NCBI RefSeq assembly: GCF_013167455.1
Contig: NZ_CP038328.1
Reading direction: 5' to 3' (one strand)
Source of the DNA: Escherichia coli O157:H7
Lineage (GTDB): Bacteria > Pseudomonadota > Gammaproteobacteria > Enterobacterales > Enterobacteriaceae
DNA length: 64,000 bases
This document shows positions 23,280 through 36,329 of this stretch, one piece after another (position 1 is the stretch's first letter; each line of letters starts with the position of its first letter). A program made the position numbers and the translations under genes. Under the pieces are notes generated by a model. The model did not search any database and was not told the DNA's origin. It was given only the letters and a program-made list of their open reading frames with translations.

Positions 23280-23576
23280 ATGAAAATAAACCAGCCCGCC
23301 GTTGCAGGCACCCTTGAGTCTGGGGATGTGATGATACGCATCGCCCCACTCGATACGCAGGATATCGACCTGCAAATCAATAGCAGCGTTGAGAAACAGT
23401 TTGGCGATGCAATTCGCACCACCATTCTGGACGTTCTCGCCCGCTACAACGTGCGCGGCGTACAGCTGAATGTCGATGATAAAGGCGCACTGGACTGCAT
23501 TTTACGTGCACGACTGGAAGCCCTGCTGGCACGCGCCAGCGGTATCCCGGCTCTGCCATGGGAGGATTGCCAATGA
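23280..23576 (+). CDS. citD: citrate lyase acyl carrier protein (gamma subunit)
   Basis: 98 aa ORF; stop overlaps citE start (ATGA). Confidence 0.93.
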
Positions 23577-24481
23577 TTTCCGCTTCGCTGCAACAACGTA
23601 AAACTCGCACCCGCCGCAGCATGTTGTTTGTGCCTGGTGCCAATGCCGCGATGGTCAGCAACTCCTTCATCTACCCGGCTGATGCCCTGATGTTTGACCT
23701 CGAAGACTCCGTGGCATTACGTGAAAAAGACACCGCCCGCCGCATGGTTTATCACGCGCTGCAACATCCGCTGTATCGCGATATTGAAACCATTGTGCGT
23801 GTAAACGCGCTGGATTCCGAATGGGGTGTTAACGACCTGGAAGCCGTCGTTCGCGGTGGTGCGGACGTTGTACGTCTGCCGAAAACCGATACCGCTCAGG
23901 ATGTTCTGGATATCGAAAAAGAGATCCTGCGTATAGAAAAAGCCTGTGGTCGTGAACCCGGCAGCACCGGCCTGCTGGCGGCGATTGAATCTCCGCTGGG
24001 CATTACCCGCGCAGTGGAAATCGCTCACGCTTCCGAGCGTTTGATCGGTATCGCCCTCGGTGCAGAAGACTATGTGCGCAACCTGCGTACAGAACGCTCC
24101 CCGGAAGGAACTGAACTGCTGTTCGCACGCTGTTCCATTTTGCAGGCCGCGCGCTCTGCGGGTATTCAGGCGTTCGATACCGTCTATTCCGACGCTAACA
24201 ACGAAGCCGGATTCCTGCAAGAAGCCGCCCACATCAAACAGCTGGGCTTTGACGGCAAATCGCTGATCAACCCGCGTCAGATTGATCTGCTGCACAACCT
24301 CTACGCACCGACCCAGAAAGAAGTGGATCACGCCCGCCGCGTCGTAGAAGCCGCTGAAGCCGCCGCTCGCGAAGGCCTCGGCGTGGTTTCCCTGAACGGC
24401 AAGATGGTGGACGGTCCGGTTATCGATCGTGCCCGTCTGGTGCTCTCCCGTGCAGAACTTTCCGGCATCCGCGAAGAATAA
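23573..24481 (+). CDS. citE: citrate lyase beta subunit (citryl-ACP lyase)
   Basis: 302 aa from ATG overlapping citD stop ([10 protein letters not shown]...). Confidence 0.93.
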
Positions 24482-24491
24482 GGCAATCAAA

Positions 24492-26024
24492 ATGACGCAG
24501 AAAATTGAACAATCTCAACGACAAGAACGGGTAGCGGCCTGGAATCGTCGCGCTGAATGCGATCTTGCCGCTTTCCAGAACTCACCAAAGCAAACCTACC
24601 AGGCTGAAAAAGCGCGCGATCGCAAACTGTGCGCCAACCTGGAAGAAGCGATTCGTCGCTCTGGTTTACAGGACGGCATGACGGTTTCCTTCCATCACGC
24701 TTTCCGTGGCGGTGACCTGACCGTCAATATGGTGATGGACGTCATCGCGAAGATGGGCTTTAAAAACCTGATCCTGGCGTCCAGCTCCCTGAGTGATTGC
24801 CATGCGCCGCTGGTAGAACACATTCGCCAGGGCGTGGTTACCCGCATTTATACCTCCGGCCTGCGTGGTCCACTGGCGGAAGAGATCTCCCGTGGTCTGC
24901 TGGCGGAACCGGTGCAAATCCACTCTCACGGCGGACGTGTGCATCTGGTACAGAGCGGCGAACTGAATATCGACGTGGCTTTCCTCGGCGTCCCGTCCTG
25001 TGATGAATTCGGTAATGCCAACGGCTACACCGGTAAAGCCTGCTGCGGCTCCCTCGGCTATGCAATGGTTGATGCCGACAACGCAAAACAGGTTGTGATG
25101 CTTACCGAAGAACTGCTGCCTTATCCGCATAATCCGGCAAGCATTGAGCAAGATCAGGTTGATTTAATCGTCAAAGTTGATCGCGTTGGCGATGCTGCAA
25201 AAATCGGCGCTGGTGCTACCCGTATGACCACTAACCCGCGCGAACTGCTTATTGCCCGTAGCGCTGCGGATGTGATTGTCAACTCAGGCTACTTCAAAGA
25301 AGGTTTCTCCATGCAAACCGGCACCGGCGGCGCATCGCTGGCGGTAACCCTTTTCCTGGAAGACAAAATGCGTAGCCGCGATATTCGCGCCGACTTCGCC
25401 CTCGGTGGTATTACCGCGACGATGGTTGATCTGCACGAAAAAGGTCTGATCCGCAAACTGCTGGATGTACAGAGCTTTGACAGCCACGCTGCGCAATCGC
25501 TGGCCCGTAACCCCAATCACATCGAAATCAGCGCCAACCAGTACGCTAACTGGGGTTCGAAAGGTGCATCGGTTGATCGTCTCGACGTGGTGGTACTGAG
25601 CGCGCTGGAAATTGACACCCAGTTCAACGTTAACGTGCTGACCGGCTCTGACGGCGTACTGCGTGGTGCTTCCGGTGGTCACTGCGATACCGCGATTGCC
25701 TCTGCGCTTTCCATCATCGTCGCGCCGCTGGTACGCGGTCGTATTCCGACTCTGGTGGATAACGTGCTGACCTGCATCACCCCGGGCTCCAGTGTCGATA
25801 TTCTGGTCACAGACCACGGTATCGCAGTTAACCCGGCACGTCCGGAACTGGCAGAACGTCTGCAGGAAGCGGGCATTAAAGTGGTTTCCATTGAGTGGCT
25901 GCGCGAACGTGCGCGTCTGCTGACCGGTGAACCACAGCCGATTGAATTCACCGACCGCGTCGTTGCCGTTGTGCGTTACCGCGATGGCTCGGTGATCGAT
26001 GTTGTGCATCAGGTGAAGGAATAA
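24492..26024 (+). CDS. citF: citrate lyase alpha subunit (citrate CoA-transferase)
   Basis: 510 aa from internal ATG (MTQKIEQSQR...). Confidence 0.93.
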   Translation: MTQKIEQSQRQERVAAWNRRAECDLAAFQNSPKQTYQAEKARDRKLCANLEEAIRRSGLQDGMTVSFHHAFRGGDLTVNMVMDVIAKMGFKNLILASSSLSDCHAPLVEHIRQGVVTRIYTSGLRGPLAEEISRGLLAEPVQIHSHGGRVHLVQSGELNIDVAFLGVPSCDEFGNANGYTGKACCGSLGYAMVDADNAKQVVMLTEELLPYPHNPASIEQDQVDLIVKVDRVGDAAKIGAGATRMTTNPRELLIARSAADVIVNSGYFKEGFSMQTGTGGASLAVTLFLEDKMRSRDIRADFALGGITATMVDLHEKGLIRKLLDVQSFDSHAAQSLARNPNHIEISANQYANWGSKGASVDRLDVVVLSALEIDTQFNVNVLTGSDGVLRGASGGHCDTAIASALSIIVAPLVRGRIPTLVDNVLTCITPGSSVDILVTDHGIAVNPARPELAERLQEAGIKVVSIEWLRERARLLTGEPQPIEFTDRVVAVVRYRDGSVIDVVHQVKE

Positions 26025-26027
26025 GCC

Positions 26028-27432
<1,405 letters not shown>

Positions 27433-27482
27433 TTATTTAAGAACTTGATAAATTTGGAAATATTAATTTTCGGAGAACCCGT

Positions 27483-28946
27483 ATGTCTTTAGCAAAAGAT
27501 AATATATGGAAACTATTGGCCCCACTGGTGGTGATGGGTGTCATGTTTCTTATCCCTGTCCCCGACGGTATGCCGCCGCAGGCATGGCATTACTTCGCTG
27601 TGTTTGTGGCAATGATTGTCGGCATGATCCTCGAGCCAATTCCGGCAACAGCGATCAGTTTTATTGCGGTTACTATTTGCGTTATTGGCAGTAATTACCT
27701 GCTCTTTGATGCCAAAGAATTAGCTGACCCAGCGTTTAATGCGCAAAAACAGGCGCTGAAATGGGGCCTGGCTGGTTTTTCCAGCACTACGGTATGGCTG
27801 GTATTTGGCGCATTTATTTTTGCATTAGGGTATGAAGTTTCCGGGTTAGGTCGTCGCATTGCCCTTTTCCTGGTGAAATTCATGGGCAAACGCACGCTGA
27901 CGTTGGGTTATGCGATTGTCATTATCGACATTCTGCTGGCACCGTTTACACCGTCCAACACCGCGCGTACCGGGGGTACGGTTTTTCCGGTCATTAAAAA
28001 CCTGCCGCCGTTGTTTAAATCATTCCCGAACGATCCGTCCGCGCGTCGTATTGGCGGCTATTTGATGTGGATGATGGTCATTAGTACCAGTCTGAGTTCG
28101 TCCATGTTTGTCACCGGTGCGGCACCAAACGTGCTGGGTCTGGAGTTCGTCAGCAAAATTGCCGGTATCCAGATTAGCTGGTTGCAGTGGTTCCTCTGCT
28201 TCCTGCCGGTTGGGGTTATCTTGCTTATCATTGCGCCGTGGCTTTCCTACGTGCTGTACAAACCGGAAATCACACACAGTGAAGAAGTGGCAACCTGGGC
28301 GGGTGATGAACTAAAAACCATGGGTGCGCTGACACGCAGAGAGTGGACGCTGATTGGCCTTGTATTGCTCAGCTTAGGTTTGTGGGTATTTGGCAGTGAA
28401 GTCATTAATGCTACTGCGGTTGGTCTGCTGGCAGTTTCGCTAATGCTGGCTCTGCACGTTGTGCCGTGGAAAGACATTACCCGCTATAACAGCGCATGGA
28501 ACACGCTGGTCAACCTGGCAACTCTGGTTGTGATGGCTAACGGCCTGACTCGTTCTGGTTTTATTGACTGGTTCGCCGGTACCATGAGTACGCACCTGGA
28601 AGGATTCTCACCAAACGCAACGGTGATTGTACTGGTTCTGGTGTTCTACTTTGCACACTACCTGTTTGCCAGCCTGTCTGCGCACACCGCAACCATGCTG
28701 CCGGTTATTCTGGCCGTCGGTAAAGGTATTCCGGGCGTACCAATGGAACAACTGTGTATCCTGCTGGTGCTGTCTATCGGTATCATGGGCTGTCTGACGC
28801 CGTATGCAACCGGTCCTGGGGTGATTATTTACGGCTGTGGCTATGTGAAATCAAAAGATTACTGGCGTCTTGGCGCAATCTTCGGGGTGATTTACATCTC
28901 TATGTTGCTGTTGGTTGGCTGGCCGATTCTCGCCATGTGGAACTAA
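27483..28946 (+). CDS. citT: citrate:succinate antiporter
   Basis: 487 aa polytopic membrane ORF at the end of the cit cluster. Confidence 0.93.
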   Translation: MSLAKDNIWKLLAPLVVMGVMFLIPVPDGMPPQAWHYFAVFVAMIVGMILEPIPATAISFIAVTICVIGSNYLLFDAKELADPAFNAQKQALKWGLAGFSSTTVWLVFGAFIFALGYEVSGLGRRIALFLVKFMGKRTLTLGYAIVIIDILLAPFTPSNTARTGGTVFPVIKNLPPLFKSFPNDPSARRIGGYLMWMMVISTSLSSSMFVTGAAPNVLGLEFVSKIAGIQISWLQWFLCFLPVGVILLIIAPWLSYVLYKPEITHSEEVATWAGDELKTMGALTRREWTLIGLVLLSLGLWVFGSEVINATAVGLLAVSLMLALHVVPWKDITRYNSAWNTLVNLATLVVMANGLTRSGFIDWFAGTMSTHLEGFSPNATVIVLVLVFYFAHYLFASLSAHTATMLPVILAVGKGIPGVPMEQLCILLVLSIGIMGCLTPYATGPGVIIYGCGYVKSKDYWRLGAIFGVIYISMLLLVGWPILAMWN

Positions 28947-28976
28947 TACGTTCGCCAAACGCTGAATAAATCATCA

Positions 28977-29011
28977 CGCCCGCCAGGTTAGCCCACCTGG
29001 CGGGCTTTTTT
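28977..29011 (+). terminator. rho-independent terminator downstream of citT
   Basis: cgcccgccaggttagcccacctggcgggctttttt: about 10-bp GC-rich stem followed by T6. Confidence 0.65.
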
Positions 29012-29059
29012 ATGATTTAATAGATAGTATTCAGTGTATGTATGAGTTCCACACCCATT

Positions 29060-29866
29060 ATGAAAGCATTCTGGCGTAACGCCGCGTTGCTCGCGGTTTC
29101 TCTGCTTCCCTTCTCTTCTGCCAACGCCGTAGCGTTGCAGGCAAAACAGTATGGCGATTTTGATCGCTATGTCCTGGCCCTCTCCTGGCAAACCGGATTT
29201 TGCCAGAGTCAACACGATCGAAATCGTAACGAACGAGATGAATGTCGCCTGCAAACCGAAACGACCAACAAAGCTGATTTTCTGACCGTACATGGTCTGT
29301 GGCCAGGATTGCCTAAATCGGTTGCTGCCCGTGGTGTTGATGAACGCCGCTGGATGCGCTTCGGTTGCGCTACTCGCCCAATCCCGAATCTACCAGAAGC
29401 GCGCGCCAGCCGGATGTGTTCATCGCCGGAAACCGGATTATCACTGGAAACGGCCGCTAAACTAAGTGAAGTCATGCCAGGAGCTGGCGGACGTTCCTGC
29501 CTGGAACGCTACGAATATGCCAAACACGGTGCCTGCTTTGGTTTTGATCCGGACGCATACTTCGGTACGATGGTACGCCTGAATCAAGAGATAAAAGAGA
29601 GCGAAGCCGGAAAATTCCTTGCGGATAATTACGGTAAAACAGTGAGCCGCCGTGACTTTGACGCCGCCTTTGCCAAAAGCTGGGGAAAAGAGAACGTGAA
29701 AGCAGTTAAGCTAACGTGCCAGGGTAACCCTGCGTATTTGACTGAAATTCAGGTCTCGATCAAAGCTGACGCCATCAACGCTCCGCTTTCTGCAAACTCA
29801 TTCTTGCCACAACCACACCCAGGTAACTGTGGCAAAACCTTTGTGATTGATAAAGCGGGTTATTAA
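29060..29866 (+). CDS. rna: periplasmic ribonuclease I (RNase T2 family)
   Basis: 268 aa from internal ATG (MKAFWRNAALL...); signal peptide; RNase T2 active-site motifs (HGLWP and KHGACF). Confidence 0.93.
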   Translation: MKAFWRNAALLAVSLLPFSSANAVALQAKQYGDFDRYVLALSWQTGFCQSQHDRNRNERDECRLQTETTNKADFLTVHGLWPGLPKSVAARGVDERRWMRFGCATRPIPNLPEARASRMCSSPETGLSLETAAKLSEVMPGAGGRSCLERYEYAKHGACFGFDPDAYFGTMVRLNQEIKESEAGKFLADNYGKTVSRRDFDAAFAKSWGKENVKAVKLTCQGNPAYLTEIQVSIKADAINAPLSANSFLPQPHPGNCGKTFVIDKAGY

Positions 29867-30012
29867 TCCTCTGATTTACAAAACACGCTAATTCGTCTTT
29901 CATAAACCATGACGATTAAGAATTATACATAATGCGCTGCATTGAGGAATTCCCTGAATGTGACGCAAATCACTTCAAAGAGTGAGCAACAGTCAGTATC
30001 ATCATGTGAGTT

Positions 30013-30047
30013 AAACCCTCGCCGCCTGACGGTGAGGGTTTTCTTTT
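30013..30047 (+). terminator. rho-independent terminator downstream of rna
   Basis: aaaccctcgccgcctgacggtgagggttttctttt: 9-bp stem with one G-U pair, then T-rich tail. Confidence 0.55.
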
Positions 30048-30095
30048 GGGTATGTTTATCTGCGACACTCGCAGTACCGACGACATGGAGTAAAA

Positions 30096-30506
30096 ATGTC
30101 CAGACCAACTATCATCATTAACGACCTGGATGCCGAACGCATCGATATTCTGCTGGAGCAACCCGCCTATGCTGGTTTGCCAATCGCCGACGCGTTAAAC
30201 GCAGAGTTGGATCGCGCCCAAATGTGTTCGCCAGAAGAGATGCCACACGACGTGGTGACAATGAACAGCCGGGTTAAATTCCGCAATCTTAGCGATGGCG
30301 AAGTGCGTGTGCGCACGCTGGTGTATCCGGCAAAAATGACCGATAGCAATACTCAGCTTTCCGTTATGGCTCCGGTAGGTGCCGCACTGCTGGGACTGCG
30401 CGTTGGCGATTCCATTCACTGGGAACTTCCGGGCGGCGTTGCAACCCACCTTGAAGTGCTGGAACTCGAATACCAGCCAGAAGCTGCTGGCGACTACCTG
30501 CTTTAA
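30096..30506 (+). CDS. rnk: regulator of nucleoside diphosphate kinase (GreA/GreB-like)
   Basis: 136 aa ORF recognised as Rnk. Confidence 0.9.
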
Positions 30507-30538
30507 TCCCATCTGTACAAGCGATAACTCGCTTTGCC

Positions 30539-30565
30539 CAGAGGATGCACTCGCATCCTCTTTAT
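30539..30565 (+). terminator. candidate terminator hairpin downstream of rnk
   Basis: cagaggatgcactcgcatcctctttat: 9-bp perfect stem (agaggatgc/gcatcctct) with short T-rich tail. Confidence 0.45.
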
Positions 30566-30643
30566 GCAAAATCAGCAATTTTTCCTGGTTCTCACTGTTC
30601 ACTTTTGCTGCAAAATTATTCCGTTTCGTTTGTGGGAATAACC

Positions 30644-30733
30644 ATGGCAGAAGCATTTTACATCCTGATAGGATTTCTGATTATGGCGGCGATTATCGTC
30701 ATGGCTGTCCTTTACCTCGAAAACCACTCCTGA
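30644..30733 (+). CDS. candidate small hydrophobic protein (29 aa), hypothetical
   Basis: ATG preceded by GGGA about 6 nt upstream; encodes MAEAFYILIGFLIMAAIIVMAVLYLENHS, a single predicted TM helix; lies after the rnk terminator; I do not recognise it as an annotated gene. Confidence 0.3.
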   Translation: MAEAFYILIGFLIMAAIIVMAVLYLENHS

Positions 30734-30736
30734 CGC

Positions 30737-31975
30737 TCATATTGTTCCCCCCGGCATCGCATTCACCAGACCTGAAACCGCCTTCTGCGCCGCCTCTGCG
30801 CTTTGTGCACCGGGTACCAGAATCACCTTACGGCACTCCTCTTCACGCTTTTCAAAGATCTCATATCCCCGGGCGGCCTCTTCAAACGGCATATAGTGGG
30901 TAACAATTTCTTCTGGTTTCAGTAATCCTTTCTCAATTAACGGTAATAATTCTCCCAGCCATGCGTGAACGTGGGTCTGTCCCATTTTAAACGTCAACCC
31001 TTTATCAAAGGCGTCGCCAAACAGGAAACCGTGAATAAATCCAGCGTAGACGCCCGGTACGCTAACAATGCCGCCACGCCTGACCGCCGCAATACACTGA
31101 CGCAACGCTTTACCGCTGCTGCCCTCCAGTTTCAGGTTAGTCAGCACCGTTTCCGTGGTGCTGCCTTTCGCTTCAAAACCGACGGCGTCTATTACTGCAT
31201 CCACGCCCCGGTGACCTGCCGTTTGTTCAATAATTGACTGTGCCGGATCGCTATCTTCATCGAAATTAATCGGGATCGCGCCGTAGCGGTCAGCGGCGAA
31301 ACGCAAGCGGTAGGGATGATGATCAACAACAAAAATCTGTTCCGCACCGAGCAACCGTGCACAGGCGATTGTCAACAATCCCACAGGACCGGCACCATAG
31401 ACAGCAACGCTTGAACCTTGTTGGATCTGCGCATTTTTTGCTGCCTGCCATGCCGTTGGCAGAATATCAGAAAGGAAAAGGGCTTTATCATCTGAAAGCA
31501 AAGGCGGTACTTTAAACGGCCCCACATTCCCTTTAGGGACACGGACATACTCCGCCTGTCCACCAGGAACGCCACCATACAGGTGACTATAACCAAACAA
31601 TGCCGCGGGAGCTGGTATCTGTTTTTTATTGAGCGCAGCGCCTTTACCCGCATTGGTATTTTCGCAGGCGGCATATTGCTGCAGTCGACAGAAAAAACAG
31701 TCGCCACAAGCAATGACGAACGGAATTACCACCCGGTCGCCTTTTTGCAAATTTTTTACATCCTTTCCGGTTTCAACTACTTCCCCCATAAATTCATGAC
31801 CAAAAATATCGCCATGTTTAACCTGGGGTATTTTGCCTCGATAAAGATGGAGGTCAGAGCCACAGATCGCCGTTGCCGTTATACGCAGAATAATATCATC
31901 TGCCTGTTCAATGCCCGGATCGGGAACATTTTCTACCTGAACGTGATGTGGGCCGTGATAAGTCAATGCTTTCAT
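30737..31975 (-). CDS. ybdR: Zn-dependent alcohol dehydrogenase family oxidoreductase
   Basis: 412 aa ORF; zinc-ADH signatures ([14 protein letters not shown]) and a second Cys cluster (CGDCFFC). Confidence 0.9.
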   Translation of the reverse strand: MKALTYHGPHHVQVENVPDPGIEQADDIILRITATAICGSDLHLYRGKIPQVKHGDIFGHEFMGEVVETGKDVKNLQKGDRVVIPFVIACGDCFFCRLQQYAACENTNAGKGAALNKKQIPAPAALFGYSHLYGGVPGGQAEYVRVPKGNVGPFKVPPLLSDDKALFLSDILPTAWQAAKNAQIQQGSSVAVYGAGPVGLLTIACARLLGAEQIFVVDHHPYRLRFAADRYGAIPINFDEDSDPAQSIIEQTAGHRGVDAVIDAVGFEAKGSTTETVLTNLKLEGSSGKALRQCIAAVRRGGIVSVPGVYAGFIHGFLFGDAFDKGLTFKMGQTHVHAWLGELLPLIEKGLLKPEEIVTHYMPFEEAARGYEIFEKREEECRKVILVPGAQSAEAAQKAVSGLVNAMPGGTI

Positions 31976-32195
31976 GCAACCTCCAGAGACAGTTCAAAAA
32001 AGAGTCAGTCTTTAAGGGTAGCTATCACAGCGGGAAAACGGGCGGTACCGCAGGTTTTGGGAGAATTCCTGGTGTTCAGTGAGAATATATTCATCACAGA
32101 AACAGTTCGTAAGGAAAAAGAACCAGACAAATATCAGGGATAAATATTATAATCATGGCGAATGATTTGTTCATGATTAACAGGGAGAAAGGGTT

Positions 32196-32624
32196 ATGTA
32201 TAAGACAATCATTATGCCAGTTGATGTATTTGAAATGGAATTGAGCGACAAAGCTGTTCGCCACGCTGAATTCCTCGCCCAGGATGACGGAGTTATTCAT
32301 CTACTTCACGTACTACCCGGGTCAGCCAGCCTGAGCCTGCACCGTTTTGCCGCTGATGTGCGTCGTTTTGAAGAGCATCTGCAACATGAAGCAGAAGAAC
32401 GTTTGCAAACGATGGTCAGCCACTTCACCATCGATCCTTCCCGCATTAAACAACATGTCCGTTTTGGTAGCGTGCGGGATGAAGTCAATGAGTTAGCAGA
32501 AGAACTGGGGGCTGATGTTGTAGTTATTGGTTCTCGCAACCCATCGATTTCGACCCATCTGTTAGGTTCTAACGCCTCGAGCGTGATCCGCCACGCCAAT
32601 CTGCCTGTACTGGTCGTTCGCTAA
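32196..32624 (+). CDS. uspG: universal stress protein G
   Basis: 142 aa ORF recognised as UspG/YbdQ. Confidence 0.9.
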   Translation: MYKTIIMPVDVFEMELSDKAVRHAEFLAQDDGVIHLLHVLPGSASLSLHRFAADVRRFEEHLQHEAEERLQTMVSHFTIDPSRIKQHVRFGSVRDEVNELAEELGADVVVIGSRNPSISTHLLGSNASSVIRHANLPVLVVR

Positions 32625-32644
32625 CAGATAAAAGTATTTATGCC

Positions 32645-32676
32645 GCCCTGCCTGGAACATCCCGGCAGGGCTTTTT
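32645..32676 (+). terminator. rho-independent terminator downstream of uspG
   Basis: gccctgcctggaacatcccggcagggcttttt: 8-bp GC stem followed by T5. Confidence 0.6.
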
Positions 32677-32684
32677 AATGCCAT

Positions 32685-32714
32685 AAAAAAGCCGCCAGGT
32701 TTGACCCCGGCGGC
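32685..32714 (-). terminator. rho-independent terminator downstream of ahpF (minus strand)
   Basis: plus-strand aaaaaagccgccaggtttgaccccggcggc; on the minus strand this reads as a GC stem followed by a T6 run. Confidence 0.6.
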
Positions 32715-32744
32715 TAAGCAATTGCAGGTGAATCTTACTTCTTC

Positions 32745-34310
32745 TTATGCAGTTTTGGTGCGAATCAGGTAGTCAAAAGCACTCAGAGAGGCTTTGGCAC
32801 CTTCGCCAGTGGCGATGATGATCTGCTTGTACGGAACCGTCGTACAGTCACCCGCTGCGAACACGCCTTTCACGTTGGTTTCGCATTTCGCATCAATGAT
32901 AATCTCGCCCATGCGGTTACGTTCGACTGCGCCTTCGAGCCAGTTGGTGTTCGGCAGCAGACCAATCTGCACGAAAATACCGGCCAGTTCGATGTTGTGA
33001 ATATCGCCGCTGACACGATCTCGATATTCCAGACCAACGACTTTGCTGCCGTCGCCTTTCACTTCCGTGGTTTGCGCATTCAGAATAATGTCGACGTTTT
33101 TCAGGCTGCGCAGTTTGTCCTGCAGAACCTGGTCGGCTTTCATTTCTGGCGCAAATTCCAGCAGCGTTACGTGCTCAACGATACCCGCCAGGTCAATTGC
33201 CGCTTCCACGCCGGAGTTACCGCCGCCGATAACCGCTACGCGTTTACCTTTAAACAGCGGGCCGTCGCAGTGCGGGCAGTAGGTCACGCCTTTGGTGCGA
33301 TACTGATCTTCGCCCGGAACGTTCATGTTGCGCCATTTTGCACCGGTCGCCACGATAATGCTGCGTGCTTTCAGTACCGCGCCAGAAGCTGTTTCAATCT
33401 GATGCAGACCACCTTCAACTGCTGCTGGGATCAGTTTGCTGGCGCTCTGGCTGTCGATCACATCAACGTCGTATTCATCAACGTGAACTTTCAGTGCGCC
33501 TGCCAGCTTCTGCCCTTCAGTCTTCGGTACAGAAATGTAGTTTTCGATATCAACGGTATCGAGGATCTGACCACCAAAACGTTCGCCCATCAGACCGGTA
33601 CGGATGCCTTTACGTGCGGAGTAAATTGCTGCCGCTGCACCCGCCGGGCCGGAACCGACGATTAATACGTCATAAGCATCACGCTTGTTCAGCTCTTCTG
33701 CCGCACGTTTTTCCGCGCCCGTATCAATTTTGGCAACGATTTCAGTCAAAGTCATGCGGCCCTGACCAAACTCTTTCCCGTTCACGAACACTGCCGGAAC
33801 GCCCATCACGTTACGATCAGTGATCTCGTTCTGGAAGGTGCCGCCGTCAATTGCAGTGTGCTTGATGCGCGGGTTCAATACGCTCATCAGGTTCAGCGCC
33901 TGTACCACGTCCGGGCAGTTATGGCAAGAGAGCGAGTAATAGGTTTCGAATTCAAAATCACCGTCAATATGGCGAATCTGCTCCAGCAGAGACTGCGCTT
34001 CTTTCGACGGATGACCACCGGTCCACAGTAACGCCAGTACCAGCGAGGTGAACTCGTGGCCCAGCGGGGAGCCTGCAAAACGTGGCCCCTGGTTAGAACC
34101 TGGGTTGGTGATCAGGAAAGACGGCTTACGCACCGGCAAGCTGTTATCTTCTTTAAAGGTGACTTTGTCTGACAGTTCTGCGATTTCAGCCAACAGTTCC
34201 TTGATTTCTGCCGATTTAGCGCTGTCATCCAGCGTGGCAATTAACTCAACAGGCTTGGTCAATTTCTCAAGGTAAGCCTTGAGTTGAGTTTTCATATTTG
34301 TGTCGAGCAT
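32745..34310 (-). CDS. ahpF: alkyl hydroperoxide reductase subunit F (NADH-dependent flavoprotein)
   Basis: 521 aa from internal ATG ([11 protein letters not shown]...); redox Cys pairs CHNC and CPHC; FAD/NAD Gly-rich motifs. Confidence 0.96.
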
Positions 34311-34438
34311 GTTTATCTCCTGGGCTTTAAACATCATCATGCAAGCGGCCTCTGCGGCTACCTGGATGCAGCTTGCATCATGGTGCGGGGAAGAAAATCG
34401 GGTGCCGCAGCACCCGATTAATTACGCGATTGCGGAAC

Positions 34439-35002
34439 TTAGATTTTACCAACCAGGTCCAGAGACGGAGCCAGAGTTGCTTCACCTTCTTTCCATTTAG
34501 CCGGGCAAACTTCACCTGGGTGAGAAGCTACGTACTGTGCTGCTTTGATTTTACGCAGCAGGTCAGACGCGTCACGGCCAATGCCTTCAGCGGTAACTTC
34601 GATTGCCTGGATGATACCCTGCGGGTCAACAACGAAGGTCGCACGGTCAGCCAGACCTTCATCTTCACGCATGTTGTCGAAGTTACGGGTCAGGGCGCCA
34701 GTCGGGTCGCCGATCATCGCATATTTGATTTTAGCGATGGTTTCAGAGCTGCTGTGCCATGCTTTGTGGGTGAAGTGAGTATCGGTAGATACTGCGTATA
34801 CGTCTACGCCCAGTTTCTGCAGTTCTTCGTAGTGGTCAGCAACGTCACCCAGTTCGGTCGGGCATACGAAAGTAAAGTCAGCCGGGTAGAAGAAGAAGAC
34901 GCTCCAGCGGCCTTCGGTATCTTTTTCGGTGATTTCGATGAATTCGCCGTTTTTGAATGCCTGGTTTTTAAAAGGTTTAATTTTGGTGTTAATCAAGGAC
35001 AT
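34439..35002 (-). CDS. ahpC: alkyl hydroperoxide reductase subunit C (2-Cys peroxiredoxin)
   Basis: 187 aa ORF; peroxidatic Cys motif [10 protein letters not shown]. Confidence 0.97.
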   Translation of the reverse strand: MSLINTKIKPFKNQAFKNGEFIEITEKDTEGRWSVFFFYPADFTFVCPTELGDVADHYEELQKLGVDVYAVSTDTHFTHKAWHSSSETIAKIKYAMIGDPTGALTRNFDNMREDEGLADRATFVVDPQGIIQAIEVTAEGIGRDASDLLRKIKAAQYVASHPGEVCPAKWKEGEATLAPSLDLVGKI

Positions 35003-35373
35003 CTATACTTCCTCCGTGTTTTCGATGAGATGTAAGGTAACCAATTTTTACCGATTCGGCTAATGCGTTTCCATTATCAAATCGATAAGTTTTACCTTAC
35101 AACCTTCGTAAGACAACTTTGTGAACTTTGCACCGCCAGCGGCGATAAAAAGTAAAATGGCCCCCTTTCCAGGTGACCGTGTAATCTGAACTACCCTTTG
35201 GTATCTTCAGCGCCAGTCTGCAGGCTGCGTTGTTGCTCTTACAAATGCAACAACGACATGGATTACAACACCCTCATAAACAAAGGGCAATCACCTGATC
35301 TAAGCTCTTACCTATGACAATGATAGGTTATGCCTTTTACTCGACTTTTGCACTGACTGAAAAGGACAAATTA
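35003..35373. promoter_or_regulatory. divergent ahpC / dsbG control region
   Basis: 371-bp intergenic region between divergent ahpCF and dsbG; ahpC is an OxyR target by established knowledge; exact site not resolved. Confidence 0.5.
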
Positions 35374-36120
35374 ATGTTAAAAAAGATACTTTTACTGGCT
35401 CTGCTTCCTGCAATCGCCTTCGCAGAGGAACTTCCTGCTCCAGTAAAAGCGATTGAAAAACAGGGCATTACAATCATCAAAACGTTCGATGCCCCCGGAG
35501 GAATGAAAGGTTATCTCGGAAAGTATCAGGATATGGGCGTCACCATCTACCTGACTCCAGATGGTAAGCACGCTATCTCTGGTTACATGTACAACGAGAA
35601 AGGTGAAAACCTGAGTAACACACTTATCGAAAAAGAAATTTACGCACCAGCCGGACGCGAAATGTGGCAACGGATGGAACAATCCCACTGGCTCCTCGAC
35701 GGTAAAAAAGATGCGCCGGTCATTGTCTACGTCTTCGCCGATCCGTTCTGCCCATATTGTAAACAGTTCTGGCAGCAGGCGCGCCCGTGGGTAGATTCTG
35801 GCAAAGTACAGTTGAGAACATTGTTGGTTGGGGTTATCAAACCAGAAAGTCCGGCGACAGCCGCGGCAATTCTTGCCTCCAAAGATCCCGCAAAAACCTG
35901 GCAAGAATATGAAGCCTCTGGTGGCAAGCTTAAGCTAAACGTGCCTGCAAACGTAAGTACAGAGCAAATGAAAGTGTTAAGCGACAACGAGAAACTCATG
36001 GACGATCTGGGGGCAAATGTCACTCCGGCTATCTATTACATGAGTAAGGAAAATACGCTGCAACAGGCCGTGGGGTTGCCCGATCAGAAAACGCTTAATA
36101 TCATTATGGGAAATAAATAA
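35374..36120 (+). CDS. dsbG: periplasmic thiol:disulfide interchange protein DsbG
   Basis: 248 aa from internal ATG ([17 protein letters not shown]...); signal peptide; thioredoxin-fold CPYC motif. Confidence 0.93.
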
Positions 36121-36329
36121 AAGGTAATTCATGGATGGTTGAACTATATCCCTGCTTTTCAACCATCCTAAAAAAGCATGAATTGCTCGCTCTGCCCTAA
36201 GTGGCTGTGCTATTTTAGAAAAACTTAATCCTGAGTTAAGCAAAAAAAACATAATCAATAAAAATATATACGCAAAAAACATTGATTAAGTGAATATATC
36301 ATGGAAGAAAAATATAACCGGAGTAGTGT

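Noticed and set aside
30545-30643. Upstream part of the 62-codon track ORF (first ATG at 30545) that precedes the candidate small ORF
   Set aside because: The first ATG lies inside the rnk terminator hairpin and has no ribosome-binding site; only the downstream ATG at 30644 has a plausible initiation context.
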